From an uncultured bacterium (GTDB taxonomy: Bacteria; Krumholzibacteriota; Krumholzibacteriia; JACNKJ01), in NCBI GenBank assembly GCA_963695095.1, contig CAVOFT010000001.1:1312001-1376000 (forward strand): a stretch of DNA of 64,000 nt, in the 5' to 3' direction. The translations under genes were made by a program, and so were the position numbers. Below the pieces are notes generated by a model. That model made no database searches. It was not told the DNA's origin and worked only from the letters and a program-made list of their open reading frames with translations. This document shows positions 1-11,279 of the stretch, one piece after another. Within the stretch, counting starts at the first letter, position 1; each line of letters opens with the position of its first letter.

Positions 1-246
1 GGCCTCATCCTGCTGCTGCTCATTCTCGGCCTGCAGCTGGTCTTCCAGCGCTGGGAGGGCGAGGAGGAGGCAAGCAAGCGCGGGCGGGCGGGCGGCGAGC
101 GCCTCGCGGCGCTCGAGGCCGCCCAGCGGGCCCAGCTCGAGGGCTATGGGGAGATCGACGCCGAGCGGGGCGTCCTGCGCATGCCCATCGAGGCGGCGAT
201 GGCGCGCGTCGCCGCTCAGGCGAGTCAAGGCCAGGCGCAACCGTGA
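1..246 (+). CDS. Partial ActG-like small subunit of alternative complex III (5' end outside window)
   Basis: Not in ORF track. Frame 1 reads GLILLLLILGLQLVF...LEGYGEIDAERGVLRMPIEAAM...QP*: one TM helix followed by the YG-x-xD...xPIE-xAM pattern of the gene that precedes SCO in ACIII-caa3 clusters. Its stop overlaps the SCO start. Confidence 0.65.
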   Translation, partial: GLILLLLILGLQLVFQRWEGEEEASKRGRAGGERLAALEAAQRAQLEGYGEIDAERGVLRMPIEAAMARVAAQASQGQAQP

Positions 247-1082
247 TGGGGATCCGGCAACTGCTCTTCATGAGCGCGGCGCTGCTGCTGGCGCTCTGGC
301 CGCGCGCCGCGGGTGCGCAGCCGGCTGACCAGGAGCCGGCGGCGCTCCAGGGACTGGGCATCTTCCACCAGGCGGGCGCGCAGGTGCCGCCGGAGCTGGC
401 CTTCACGGACGAGCAGGGGCGAGCGGTGCGGCTCGGCGACTACTTCACCGGCGAGCGGCCGGTGATCCTCACCCTCGTCTATTACAACTGCCCGATGCTC
501 TGCAACATCCTCCTCGACCGCTTCGTGGCCGGCCTCAAGGAGCTGGACTGGACGGCGGGACAGGAGTTCACGATCGTGACCGTGAGCATCGACCCTCGCG
601 ATGACAGCGAGGGCGCCCGCCGGAAGCAGGCGCATCAGATCGAGAACTATGGGCGCCCCTCGGCGACCGCGGGCTGGCACTTCCTCACCGGGGAGCAGGC
701 AGGCATCACGGCGATCGCCGACGCGGTGGGCTTCAAGTACGATTACGATGAGGATCGCGGCGAGTACATGCACGCTGCGGGCATCTTCGTGCTCACGCCG
801 GCGGGCAAGGTGAGCCAGACCCTGCTCGGCCTCGACTTTCCGGCCAAGGATCTGCGCCTGGCCCTGGTCGAGGCCTCGGCCGGCAAGATCGGCAGCGCAC
901 TGGACCGCGCCCTGCTGTTCTGCTTCCATTACGACGCCGCTGCGGGCCGCTACGCCCCGGCGGCGATGAACCTGATGCGGCTGGGTGGGGGCCTGTGCGC
1001 GCTCGTCCTGGCCCTGTGGCTGACCACGGTCTGGCGGCGCGGGCGCCGCCAGCGGCTGCTCGCAGGGGGATCGCACTCGTGA
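243..1082 (+). CDS. SCO1/SenC family copper chaperone
   Basis: Signal peptide, YYNCPMLC (CxxxC), VSIDP, WHFLTG, conserved His in EYMHAAG, C-terminal TM; directly upstream of coxB. Confidence 0.92.
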   Translation: MMGIRQLLFMSAALLLALWPRAAGAQPADQEPAALQGLGIFHQAGAQVPPELAFTDEQGRAVRLGDYFTGERPVILTLVYYNCPMLCNILLDRFVAGLKELDWTAGQEFTIVTVSIDPRDDSEGARRKQAHQIENYGRPSATAGWHFLTGEQAGITAIADAVGFKYDYDEDRGEYMHAAGIFVLTPAGKVSQTLLGLDFPAKDLRLALVEASAGKIGSALDRALLFCFHYDAAAGRYAPAAMNLMRLGGGLCALVLALWLTTVWRRGRRQRLLAGGSHS

Positions 1083-2084
1083 ACGCGCTGAATTCGCTCT
1101 TCGGATCCGGGCCGAGCGCCTTCCTCGCGCAGGGCAGCGGCTCCTTCTGGCTGCCGCGGCAGGGCACCGCTCTCGCGGGCGAAGTGGACAGCATCTTCAA
1201 CTTCATCCTCTGGCTCAGCCTGTTCTTCTTCGTGCTCATCGTCGGCGTGATGGGGGTCTTCATCGTCCGCTACCGGCAGCGCCGCGCGGGTGAGGAGGCG
1301 GCCAGCAGCGCCTCCCACAACACGGCGCTGGAGCTGACCTGGACCCTGGTGCCCGTGGCGCTGGTGATCGTGATCTTCACGGTCGGCTTCCGCGGCTATC
1401 TCAAGCTGGCCGTGCCGCCGGGCGACGCCTACGAGGTGCTCGTCACGGGCCAGAAGTGGAACTGGCAGTTCACCTACCCCAATGGCTACAGCGACGCCCA
1501 GCTGCACGTGCCGGTGGACAAGCCGGTCCGCCTGGTGATGACTTCCCAGGACGTCATCCACAGCTTCTATCGTTCCCGATTTCCGCGTGAAGCAGGACGT
1601 GGTGCCGGGTCGCTACACCAAGGTCTGGTTCAATGCCGAAGCGCCGGGCGAGCACGTCATTCTCTGTGCCGAGTTCTGCGGCACGGGCCACTCCGACATG
1701 AGCTCGAAGGTGATCGTGCATCCGGCCGGCGAGTTCGAGACCTGGCTGGAGGACGTGGGCGGCTTCCTCGACAAGCTGCCTCCCGCCGAGGCGGGCGAAC
1801 GTCTCACCCACAGCCTGGGCTGCAATGCTTGCCACAGCGCGGACGGTTCGCGCATGGTGGGACCCACGTACAAGGGGCTCTTCGGCAGCCCGCGCCGCCT
1901 GAAGGACGGCAGCACCGTCACCGCCGACGAGGACTACATCCGCGCGTCGATGCTCGATCCCCAGAGCCAGGTGCTGGAGGGCTTCGATCCGGTGATGCCC
2001 ACCTTCCAGGGCCGGGTGCAGGAGAAGGAGATCGCGGTGATCATCGCCTACATCAAGTCCCTGAGCGATCGAGAGGCCCCGTAG
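1079..2084 (+). CDS. coxB: Cytochrome c oxidase subunit II with fused C-terminal cytochrome c (caa3 type); one apparent +1 frameshift at ~1571
   Basis: GTG start overlaps SCO stop. HNTALELTWT, GQKWNWQFTY, DVIHSFY, then in the next frame CAEFCGTGHSDM (CuA ligands) and CNACH...VGP...MP (haem c). Confidence 0.93.
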
Positions 2085-2085
2085 C

Positions 2086-3756
<1,671 letters not shown>

Positions 3757-3784
3757 GGCGCTCGGACGAAGCGGCAGAGAACGC

Positions 3785-4604
3785 ATGGCACGCCGTGCGC
3801 AACATCTGGCCCATCACTTCGACAGCGCGAAGCAGCAGTTCGAGTCGAGCAAGCTGGGCATGTGGCTCTTCCTGGCCACGGAGATCCTGCTGTTCGGCGG
3901 GCTCTTCTGCGCCTACGCCGTCTACCGGGCCAACCACCCGGAGATCTTCGTCTACGCGCACCACTTCCTGGACAAGACCCTGGGCGGCATCAACACGGTG
4001 GTGCTGATCTGCAGCAGCCTGACGATGGCCTGGGCCGTGCGCGCTGCGCAGCTCGGGCCAGCGGCAGCGCACGGTGACCCTGCTCGCGATCACCCTGCTC
4101 TGCGCCTTCGGCTTCCTCGGCATCAAGGACGTCGAGTACAAGCCGAAGTGGGAGCACGGACTGCTCTGGGGCAAGCACTACCAGCCCGTCCTGCACGATG
4201 CCGACGCGGGCGCCCATGCCGCGCCGGCCCTGCCGGCGGCGCCGCTCAAGGCGGCGGGCGACGGCAGCGACGCCTCGCTGATCGCCCCGGCGGCGCCGGC
4301 GCCGAGCGGCCTCGCTCCCGAGGCGCCGCACGGACGCGGTTTCGCGGCGAGCACCTGCCGCCCGCGGATCTCGCCGCGCCCAAGAACGTGCAGGTCTTCT
4401 TCGCGATCTACTTCGCCATGACGGGGCTGCACGGCATCCACGTCCTGGCGGGCATGATCGCCATCGGCTGGATCCTGCGTCGCGCCCAGCGCGGCGAGTT
4501 CGGGCCGGAGTACTACACGCCCGGTCGACCTGGTGGGCCTCTACTGGCACCTGGTGGACCTGATCTGGATCTACCTCTTCCCGCTGCTCTACCTCATCAG
4601 ATGA
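3785..4604 (+). CDS. coxC: Cytochrome c oxidase subunit III; apparent frameshifts at ~4056, ~4340, ~4522
   Basis: [68 protein letters not shown]. Ala/Pro-rich periplasmic insert. Confidence 0.9.
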
Positions 4605-4635
4605 GCGGCCGGCGGGAACCGGGAGGCTGGAGACG

Positions 4636-5052
4636 ATGAGCCACGCCGATCAGGGCCAGGCCCACGTGCACGTCGTGCCGACGCAGGTGCTCCTGCGCGT
4701 GTGGGCGGCGCTGCTCTTCCTCACCTTCGTGACGGTGGCGGTGACCTGGGTCAAGCTGGGCCCGCTCAGCGTGCCGGTGGCCATCGGCATCGCGACGATC
4801 AAGGCCATCTTGGTGGCCCTCTTCTTCATGCACCTGAAGTACGACCGGCCCTTCAACGCCATCGTCCTCGTGGCCTCGGTCTTCTTCGTGATCCTCTTCC
4901 TGGGGCTCGCGCTCCTGGACACGCTGCACTACCGCGACCAGCTCATCCCCGGCTACGCCCCGGGCATGGCCGTGCCCGCGCCGCCGGAGGCGCCCGGCGC
5001 CGAGCCCGGTGCGGAACCGGCGCCGGACCAGCCCCCCGTCCCCGGCCACTAG
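4636..5052 (+). CDS. coxD: Cytochrome c oxidase subunit IV (caa3-type CtaF/CoxD)
   Basis: LLFLTFVTV...[19 protein letters not shown] signature, three TMs; follows subunit III. Confidence 0.9.
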   Translation: MSHADQGQAHVHVVPTQVLLRVWAALLFLTFVTVAVTWVKLGPLSVPVAIGIATIKAILVALFFMHLKYDRPFNAIVLVASVFFVILFLGLALLDTLHYRDQLIPGYAPGMAVPAPPEAPGAEPGAEPAPDQPPVPGH

Positions 5053-5061
5053 CTTGCCGCA

Positions 5062-6129
5062 CTAGGGTGCGAGCAGCGCCGTCGCCGCGGGCTCCTGCGC
5101 ATACCAGGCGAACCAGAAGGCCTCCGCGCTGAGGAGCGGCGCGCCGTCTTGCGCGCGCACGGTGACCACGGGGGGATCGCCCGGCCAGACGCGGAACGCG
5201 AGCGCGCGTTCGCCCAGCGAATCGGTCCAGGCGCCGCTGGGCTCCGCGCGCTCCAGGAGCGGCGTCAGCGGGTAGAGACGCCGGGCGGCGCCCACCCACA
5301 CGGACAGCACAGGTTCCTTCAGGCGAAGCGCCTCTGGCCGATCCGTGGCGGGCAGCCTGCGCACGGGAAACTGCAGACGCTCGGAGCCGAGGTAGCTGGT
5401 GTAGGGCCGCCGCCGGTACTTGCGCGCCAGGCCCGCGGGGTCGGGGGCGAGAACCTGCGTGCCCGGGTGTCGCGCCAGCCAGTCGTCCCAGCGGGTGAGT
5501 TCCAGGGGCAGGCGCTCGAGGCTGTCGCCGCGGGCCGGGCCGGCCAGCGCCCGCCCCGTGAGCTGGCTCCAGAGACTCTCCGCCCCCGGAGCCGGCGCCG
5601 CTGCGCCGCGGCCCGCGCGATCATAGAGCAGGAGGTTCGAGGCGTAGAAGAGCCCGCTCACGCCGAACTCCCGCTCGCCGGGATCGTAGGCGCAGGCCGC
5701 TCCGCAGAGCGGATTCCAGGTCACGAGGACGGGCCCTCCGCCCAGGGTGTCGTTGACGAGCTCGTGCCAATCGAGGATGGCCAGCGGGTAGGCGACGGCC
5801 TTCCCCTGCCGGGCAATCCCGATCACGCGGTCGCCGCCGAGCAGGAAGGGCGAGCGGCCCAGGGCATTCAGCGAATCGAGGCCGGCCGCGTCCAGGCGGG
5901 GCGGCCGATCGAGCGATGCGAGACCCTCCCGCGGCACGCCGGCGGGTGTGATGTCGGCCAGGTCCACGGCGAGCGCGCCGAGGTCGAAGCCGTAGCTCGC
6001 CAGGTCCTTGCCGTCCCCGCGCTGCTCGCTTTCGAAGGTCTGCCGGTTCCGGAGCTGCCAGCCGAGGGCCAGCGCGCCGAGCAGGAAGGCCGTCGCGAAA
6101 AGGAAGGAGCGGCGGCGGTCCGGGAGCAT
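5062..6129 (-). CDS. DUF3179-family membrane-anchored protein
   Basis: AYPLAILDWHELVND, VTWNPLCG, FGVSGLFYASNLLLYDR, ESLWSQL, C-terminal FWFAW. ATG overlaps the ctaB stop (TGATG). Confidence 0.8.
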   Translation of the reverse strand: MLPDRRRSFLFATAFLLGALALGWQLRNRQTFESEQRGDGKDLASYGFDLGALAVDLADITPAGVPREGLASLDRPPRLDAAGLDSLNALGRSPFLLGGDRVIGIARQGKAVAYPLAILDWHELVNDTLGGGPVLVTWNPLCGAACAYDPGEREFGVSGLFYASNLLLYDRAGRGAAAPAPGAESLWSQLTGRALAGPARGDSLERLPLELTRWDDWLARHPGTQVLAPDPAGLARKYRRRPYTSYLGSERLQFPVRRLPATDRPEALRLKEPVLSVWVGAARRLYPLTPLLERAEPSGAWTDSLGERALAFRVWPGDPPVVTVRAQDGAPLLSAEAFWFAWYAQEPAATALLAP

Positions 6130-7083
6130 CAGCGCCAGCGCAGGTGGGCGAGGCCGGTCGCCTCCGCGCGCGAGGCGTGGCCGGCGACGCCGCGCCGCGG
6201 GGTGGCGTCAGCTAGCAGGAGGATCAGGACCAGGGGCAGCACCAGCACGCTGGCGAAGAAGAGGCGCCGGGCGCTGGCGCGATCCAGGCGGCGCCAGAGC
6301 TGCAGGCTGGCCGCCACGAGGCAGAGTCCGAGCAGGGCCACGCCGGCGGCGGCGCCGGGTCCGACGAGACCGGCGAGCGCAAAGGCCGCGCCCAGGGGCA
6401 GCAGCGCCAGGCTGTAGAGGGTGCTGAGGGCGCCCGTGAACTGGCCGCTGGGGTCCAGGGCCGGCAGCATGCGGAAGCCGCCGCGGGCGTAGTCCTCGCG
6501 ATAGAGCCAGGCCAGCGCGAGGAAGTGCGGTACCTGCCACAGGAAGAGCAGCAGGCCGAAGAGCCAGGCGCCGGCCTCCAGGCGACCGCTGGCCGCCGTC
6601 CAGCCCAGCATCGGCGGGCAGGGCGCCGCAGACGGCTCCGACCAGGGTGTTCAGGCTGCTGCGTGGCTTCAGCGGGGTGTAGACGTACACGTAGAGCGCG
6701 ACCGTGAGCAAGGCCAATCCCGCCGTCAGGGCGTTGGTGCCGGCCAGCAGCACGGCCTCACCGAGCGCCAGCATCGCCGCGGCGGCGAAGAGCGCTTCGC
6801 CGACCCCCAGGCGCCGGCTGGGCAGAGGGCGCTCCCGGGTGCGATCCATGCGGGCGTCGCGTTCGCGCTCCCAGACCTGATTGAAAGCCGCGGCGCTGAG
6901 GGCGCACAGAAAGGTGCCAATCAAGGTCGCGGCCAGTTCGCCGGGAGCGAAGGGCCCGCGGCGTGCGAGCAGGTAGGCGGCGGCCGTGGTGGCGAGGACC
7001 ATGCCGCTCAGGCGCAGCTTCGTCAGCACGGTGTAGAGTCCCAGGCGCTGGCTGAACGTGAGCGGGAGGGCGGTGGGCGGCAC
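6129..7083 (-). CDS. ctaB: Protoheme IX farnesyltransferase (haem O synthase); +1 frameshift at ~6615
   Basis: LTKLR, NQVWERERDARMDRTRERPLP, YVYVYTPLK, GALP|PMLGW, WQVPHFLALAW, DYARGGFRMLP. GTG start at 7083 is inferred. Confidence 0.92.
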
Positions 7084-7291
7084 GCAGCAGCCTCGCGGAA
7101 ATGGGTTTGGCAGGGATGGGCACGCCAGCGTAGGATGCCCGCTGTCGGTGCCGCGCTCGTGCGCAGTCAAGGTAGCAAGCTCCCCGCAGGTGGGGAAGCG
7201 GAAAGCGCCGGTCACCGGGGTTCAGGGAGTTGACGGCCCTCTCCGCCGGGATCGCGAGCCCGCGCCGGGCCGAGGCCGCCGAGGGAGCAGC

Positions 7292-8638
7292 ATGACCGCA
7301 AGCGCCGCCGCCAGCCGCGCCGAAGGGCGGGCCGAGATCCTGGCCCTGGGCTTCGGCATCAGCACGGCGATGTGGGCCCTGGCCTATGCGAGCCGCCTCG
7401 CCGCGCCCCTGGTGCCCCCCTGGCTGCTCTTCGCCCTGCTGCTCCTCTGCCTCGGCCTCGGCGGCTGGCTGGGCGCTCGGGCCAGCGGTCGCGGCCCGCG
7501 GCTCGGGGCCTCGGCCGGCGGCCTCGCCTCGCTGCTCAACCTGCTCATCCTCGGCAGCGTGATCGGGGGGGACGTGCCCGGCGCCCTGCGCCAGGGCGCC
7601 ATGCTCTGGGTGCCGGCCTCGCTGCTGCTGGGCATTCTGCTCGCGGGCGGTGGCGCCTGGCTCGGCGCGCGGGGCGTCGCCCGGCCCCCGCGGCGCGATG
7701 CCGGTCTCGGCGCCGATGCCGCCTTCGCGGGCGTCGCCGCCGCCGCCACGCTGCTGCTGCTGGCCGCCGGCGGCCTGGTCACCAGCAAGGAAGCGGGCCT
7801 GGCCGTGGTCGACTGGCCCAACAGCTACGGCTTCAACATGTTCCTCTATCCGCTGACCCGGATGACGGGCGGCATCTTCTACGAGCACGCGCATCGCTTG
7901 CTCGGTTCGCTGGTGGGCCTCTGCACGCTGGCCCTCGCGCTGCACCTGCAATTCGGCCCGCCGCGCCGGGCGGTCAGGGCGCTCGGCTGGGCGGTCTTCG
8001 CCGCCGTGCTGCTGCAGGGCCTGCTCGGCGGCCTGCGCGTGACCGGCCGCTTCACGCTGAGCCAGTCGCCGGCGGACATGTCGCCCAGCACCCTGCTCGC
8101 CGTGCTGCACGCGGTACTCGGCCAGCTCTGCTTCGCCCTGCTGCTCGGCCTGCTGGCGCTGGCCAGCCGCCGCTGGGCCTCGTCGCCGGCCCCGGCGCCG
8201 CGGGCCAGCGCGCTCAGCGACCGCCAGCTCGGCCCGCTGCTCCTGACAGCGCTGCTCCTGCAACTCGTCCTGGGCGCTCTGCTGCGCCATTTCGCCTGGG
8301 GGATGGTCTGGCATGTCAGCTTCGCCATGCTGGTGGCCCTGCTCGCCGCGACCGTCGGCGCGCGCCACTGGGGACTCTACGGCGATCTGCCCTGGCTGCG
8401 TCCGCTGGGGCGCGCCCTCACCCTTCTCATCGGCCTGCAGCTCCTGCTCGGCACGGGGGCGCTGATCGCCGTCAACGCGACGCCGGCGGCGGGGGACATC
8501 CCCTGGTGGGAAGCGCTGCTGGCCACGCTGCACCAGCTCACGGGGGCGCTGATCCTCGGCGTCGCCCTCTTGATCGCGCTCTGGGACCGGCGGCTGCTGG
8601 CGCCGCTGCCGGTGGAGGCGCCGGGCCCCGCCGCCTAG
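7292..8638 (+). CDS. ctaA: Haem A synthase (COX15/CtaA family) with an extra N-terminal membrane domain
   Basis: GGLVTSKEAGLAVVDWP, FYEHAHRLLG, QGLLGGLRV, LAVLH, QLVLGALLRH, WH, ATLHQ. ATG 7292 follows GAGGGAG; divergent from ctaB. Confidence 0.85.
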   Translation: MTASAAASRAEGRAEILALGFGISTAMWALAYASRLAAPLVPPWLLFALLLLCLGLGGWLGARASGRGPRLGASAGGLASLLNLLILGSVIGGDVPGALRQGAMLWVPASLLLGILLAGGGAWLGARGVARPPRRDAGLGADAAFAGVAAAATLLLLAAGGLVTSKEAGLAVVDWPNSYGFNMFLYPLTRMTGGIFYEHAHRLLGSLVGLCTLALALHLQFGPPRRAVRALGWAVFAAVLLQGLLGGLRVTGRFTLSQSPADMSPSTLLAVLHAVLGQLCFALLLGLLALASRRWASSPAPAPRASALSDRQLGPLLLTALLLQLVLGALLRHFAWGMVWHVSFAMLVALLAATVGARHWGLYGDLPWLRPLGRALTLLIGLQLLLGTGALIAVNATPAAGDIPWWEALLATLHQLTGALILGVALLIALWDRRLLAPLPVEAPGPAA

Positions 8639-9354
8639 CCCTCGCCGCCTGCCATCGCGCGGGCGGCGCCGGCCTCGATGCGGGAGAGGTCGATGGCCAG
8701 GCGCCTGGGCTCCGCCTCGCCGAAGAGGAAGCGGGTCTCGGGGCAGCCCATGCCGCGGGCGATGGAGCCGAGCGTGGCCTCGGCGCTCTTCTGGACCTCG
8801 GCGCGCATCGTCTTCACGAGCTGGGCGGCCAGGCCCTCGGCCTCCGCGCGCGCGGCGCGGATCAGCTGGTTCTTCTCCTTCTCGGAGAACTTGCCGCCGA
8901 AGACGCGGCCGATCCAGTCCGGCAGGACGAGCGGCGCCAGGGCGGCGCCGCGCTCGTCGTAGAGCCACATGTCCTTCATCTGGATCTCGTAGATGAGCGG
9001 GGGCAGCGTGAAGGCGAGGCCGCGGCCGGCGGCGAAGGGCTGGGCGGTGAAGGCCGGATCGCGCAGGTCGTAACGGAAGTCGACGACGAACTCGAAGACC
9101 ATCGCCGTCTGCTTGGAGCTGAGCAGCCAGGCCAGCCACTTCTCGCCCCAGTCGCCGAGCAGATGGTCGCGGCTGGTGACGATCTGCTTGGTGAGCACCT
9201 TGAGCACGACCAGCTCGCCCACGCTGCGGAAGGCCTCCACCGAGCTGCTCACGGTCAGGCGTGGGCCAGACTGGCCCCGGCGGCGGCGCAGGAGGGCCAT
9301 GGCGAGCAGGGCCAGCAGCACGCCGACCACGAGTCCAAAGAGCAGCCTGTCCAT
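8635..9354 (-). CDS. Single-TM hypothetical protein, DUF4230-like
   Basis: N-terminal TM, VGELVVL motif, LPP, C-terminal helix ending KSAEATL; GGAGG RBS upstream. Confidence 0.6.
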   Translation of the reverse strand: MDRLLFGLVVGVLLALLAMALLRRRRGQSGPRLTVSSSVEAFRSVGELVVLKVLTKQIVTSRDHLLGDWGEKWLAWLLSSKQTAMVFEFVVDFRYDLRDPAFTAQPFAAGRGLAFTLPPLIYEIQMKDMWLYDERGAALAPLVLPDWIGRVFGGKFSEKEKNQLIRAARAEAEGLAAQLVKTMRAEVQKSAEATLGSIARGMGCPETRFLFGEAEPRRLAIDLSRIEAGAARAMAGGEG

Positions 9355-9480
9355 GAATCCTCCCGGAACGAGGGCGATGGGGACAGTCTAGGCGGCGCCG
9401 GTGGCGGCGTCCAGTCTCACCGTAGTGCTGGCGCCTAGAGCGAGTCGCCGCTATGCTTCCCCGCTTGAGGAGGATGATCG

Positions 9481-9873
9481 ATGCATCGGCTCGACACGCT
9501 GGACTCTTTGCGGATCCCTGCTCGCGTAGCGGGCCTGGCCCTGGTAGCGCTGGCCGCGCTGAGCGCCTGCAGCGACGACAGCGGCGATCAGACCTTGCCC
9601 GAAGTGGAGATCACCGAGCCGATCAACGGGATCATGGTGAGCGGCCAGGTTCGGATCGAGGCGAGCGCCAGCGACGCCGGAGGCCTGCTGCGCGTGCTCT
9701 TCGCCGTGGACGGCGACGAACTCGGAGAGGACGACACGCCGCCCTATAGCTGGGACTGGGACAGCACGCCCTATGGCGACGGCGGCAATCATCGCCTGCT
9801 TGCCGCCGCTGAGGACCGGGCGGGGAACATCGCCTACTCGGAGTACGTGGTGGTGCGGGTAGTGGCCCCCTGA
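9481..9873 (+). CDS. Lipoprotein with one bacterial Ig-like (Big) domain
   Basis: Lipobox LSAC, P-x-V-x-ITEP-x-NG, IEASASD, PPYSWDWDST, AEDRAGN; strong GAGGAGG RBS. Confidence 0.8.
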   Translation: MHRLDTLDSLRIPARVAGLALVALAALSACSDDSGDQTLPEVEITEPINGIMVSGQVRIEASASDAGGLLRVLFAVDGDELGEDDTPPYSWDWDSTPYGDGGNHRLLAAAEDRAGNIAYSEYVVVRVVAP

Positions 9874-9956
9874 GGGGGGCTCCTCGCTGGGCGAGCAGGG
9901 CGCCAAGGCGGCGTCTCGCGCGCGCAGCAAGGTCAAGCCAATCAAGGAGGATTACC

Positions 9957-10067
9957 GTGGGCGACAAGGGCAAGAAGGACAAGGAAAAGAGCGACAGGCA
10001 GAAGCAGATCAAGAACGTTCACGACGATAAGGCGAAGCAGGACAAGCAGCCCAAGCGGCCGGGCTGA
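9957..10067 (+). CDS. 36-aa highly charged small protein MGDKGKKDKEKSDRQKQIKNVHDDKAKQDKQPKRPG
   Basis: Below the ORF-track cut-off. AAGGAGG sits 6 nt before GTG 9957; third codon positions are almost all G/C. Confidence 0.7.
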   Translation: MGDKGKKDKEKSDRQKQIKNVHDDKAKQDKQPKRPG

Positions 10068-10108
10068 ACGGGAGGCGAGGTCGCTCGGACCGCTTGCTTG
10101 AGGGGCGA

Positions 10109-11020
10109 CTACATGAACTCGAAGCTGTAGACGCCGCCCACGATCGTCAGCGCGCTCGGTGCGCTCAGGCCCGGGATCGTGCCGCTGAAGCTGCCGCTCA
10201 TGCCCTCGTCGGTGAAGCTCTCGATGGTCCAGCTGCCGATGTCCCCGCCCGCCGTGGCTGCCCAGGAATTGCCCGTGGCGGTGTGGACCACCGTGAAGCT
10301 CATCTGCGAGGGGATGCCGTAGCTGTTCCCGGCCGCGACGGGCTGCTTCGGCGAGGCCGTGATCGTGTACTCTGTGTTGCTCGCCGAGAAGCTGAAGGAT
10401 GTGGCGCTGGGCTGGGTCGCCACGATGGTGGCCGCATTCCAGTCCGCGCCGCCGAGCTCGGCGCTCATCGTGCTGCCCTGCAGCGTGGGCAGTGGCGGCA
10501 GGCCGGCGCTCACCGTGATGTCGAAGGCGCCCTCGGTCACCGTGCGCTGGGGCGGCGTCGCGCCGATCAGGGCATCACCGGTGAACTCGAAGCTGCCGGC
10601 GATGCGCGTCGCCGTGCGGGCGGTGATCTCCACGCTGCCGGCCGCACCGCTCAGCGGCGTGAGCCAGGAGCTCCCCGCGACCACGGCGGTGCCCGTGCCG
10701 CCCGGTGTGCTCAGCATGTTGACCCCGAGCGGATAGGTGCCGGGCCCGCTCACGAAGGCGAGGATGAGCTGCACGCTGCGCCCCGTGTTGAGGTCGATGC
10801 CGCTGATGATGAGCTGGCCGGGGCCGGGGTTGCTGGGGTTGCCGGTGACCTGGATGGTGCTCGCGCTGCTCGACCAGGCCGTTCCGTCGATGCGCGCCGT
10901 GAAGCCGGTGCCGCCGCCGTTGTTGTTGCTCCCTGGACCTGCCGGCCCCCCGCCATCACTGCTGCATCCCAGACCGATCATCCCAGAGACGAGCAAGGCG
11001 CTGAGGATCCTGCGTTGCAT
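10109..11020 (-). CDS. Lipoprotein with two tandem beta-rich repeats (DUF6252-like)
   Basis: MQRRILS...GLGC lipobox, G/N linker, repeats starting FTARIDGTAWSS and MSAELGGADWNA; RBS AGGAG. Confidence 0.7.
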   Translation of the reverse strand: MQRRILSALLVSGMIGLGCSSDGGGPAGPGSNNNGGGTGFTARIDGTAWSSSASTIQVTGNPSNPGPGQLIISGIDLNTGRSVQLILAFVSGPGTYPLGVNMLSTPGGTGTAVVAGSSWLTPLSGAAGSVEITARTATRIAGSFEFTGDALIGATPPQRTVTEGAFDITVSAGLPPLPTLQGSTMSAELGGADWNAATIVATQPSATSFSFSASNTEYTITASPKQPVAAGNSYGIPSQMSFTVVHTATGNSWAATAGGDIGSWTIESFTDEGMSGSFSGTIPGLSAPSALTIVGGVYSFEFM

Positions 11021-11279
11021 GTCGTCTCTCCTGGTTGTGGTGCCGCCCGCAGCGCGGGCAGAAACTCCGAGCCTAGCGACTGCCCGAAACCGTCGCCAGC
11101 CGGAAGGCACTGCTTTGCAGAAATACTATCAGTGCGTCGCCAAGCGGGCCCGGAACTCCGAATGCGCGGGCTTGTCGCAGCGGCTTGCCTGCGGCCCCTT
11201 GGACAGCTAGCATTGCCGTTCACGGCGCCGCTGGGCGACGCCGTCCGAGCCGCGGCCAGGCGCCGCAGGAGGGATGCGC

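Noticed and set aside
5700..5730. Selenocysteine recoding in DUF3179
   Set aside because: The relevant codon is AAT (Asn), there is no in-frame TGA, and the ORF is open.
11104..11120. Sigma54-like AGGCACTGCTTTGCA
   Set aside because: GG-to-GC spacing is 9 nt rather than the required 10.
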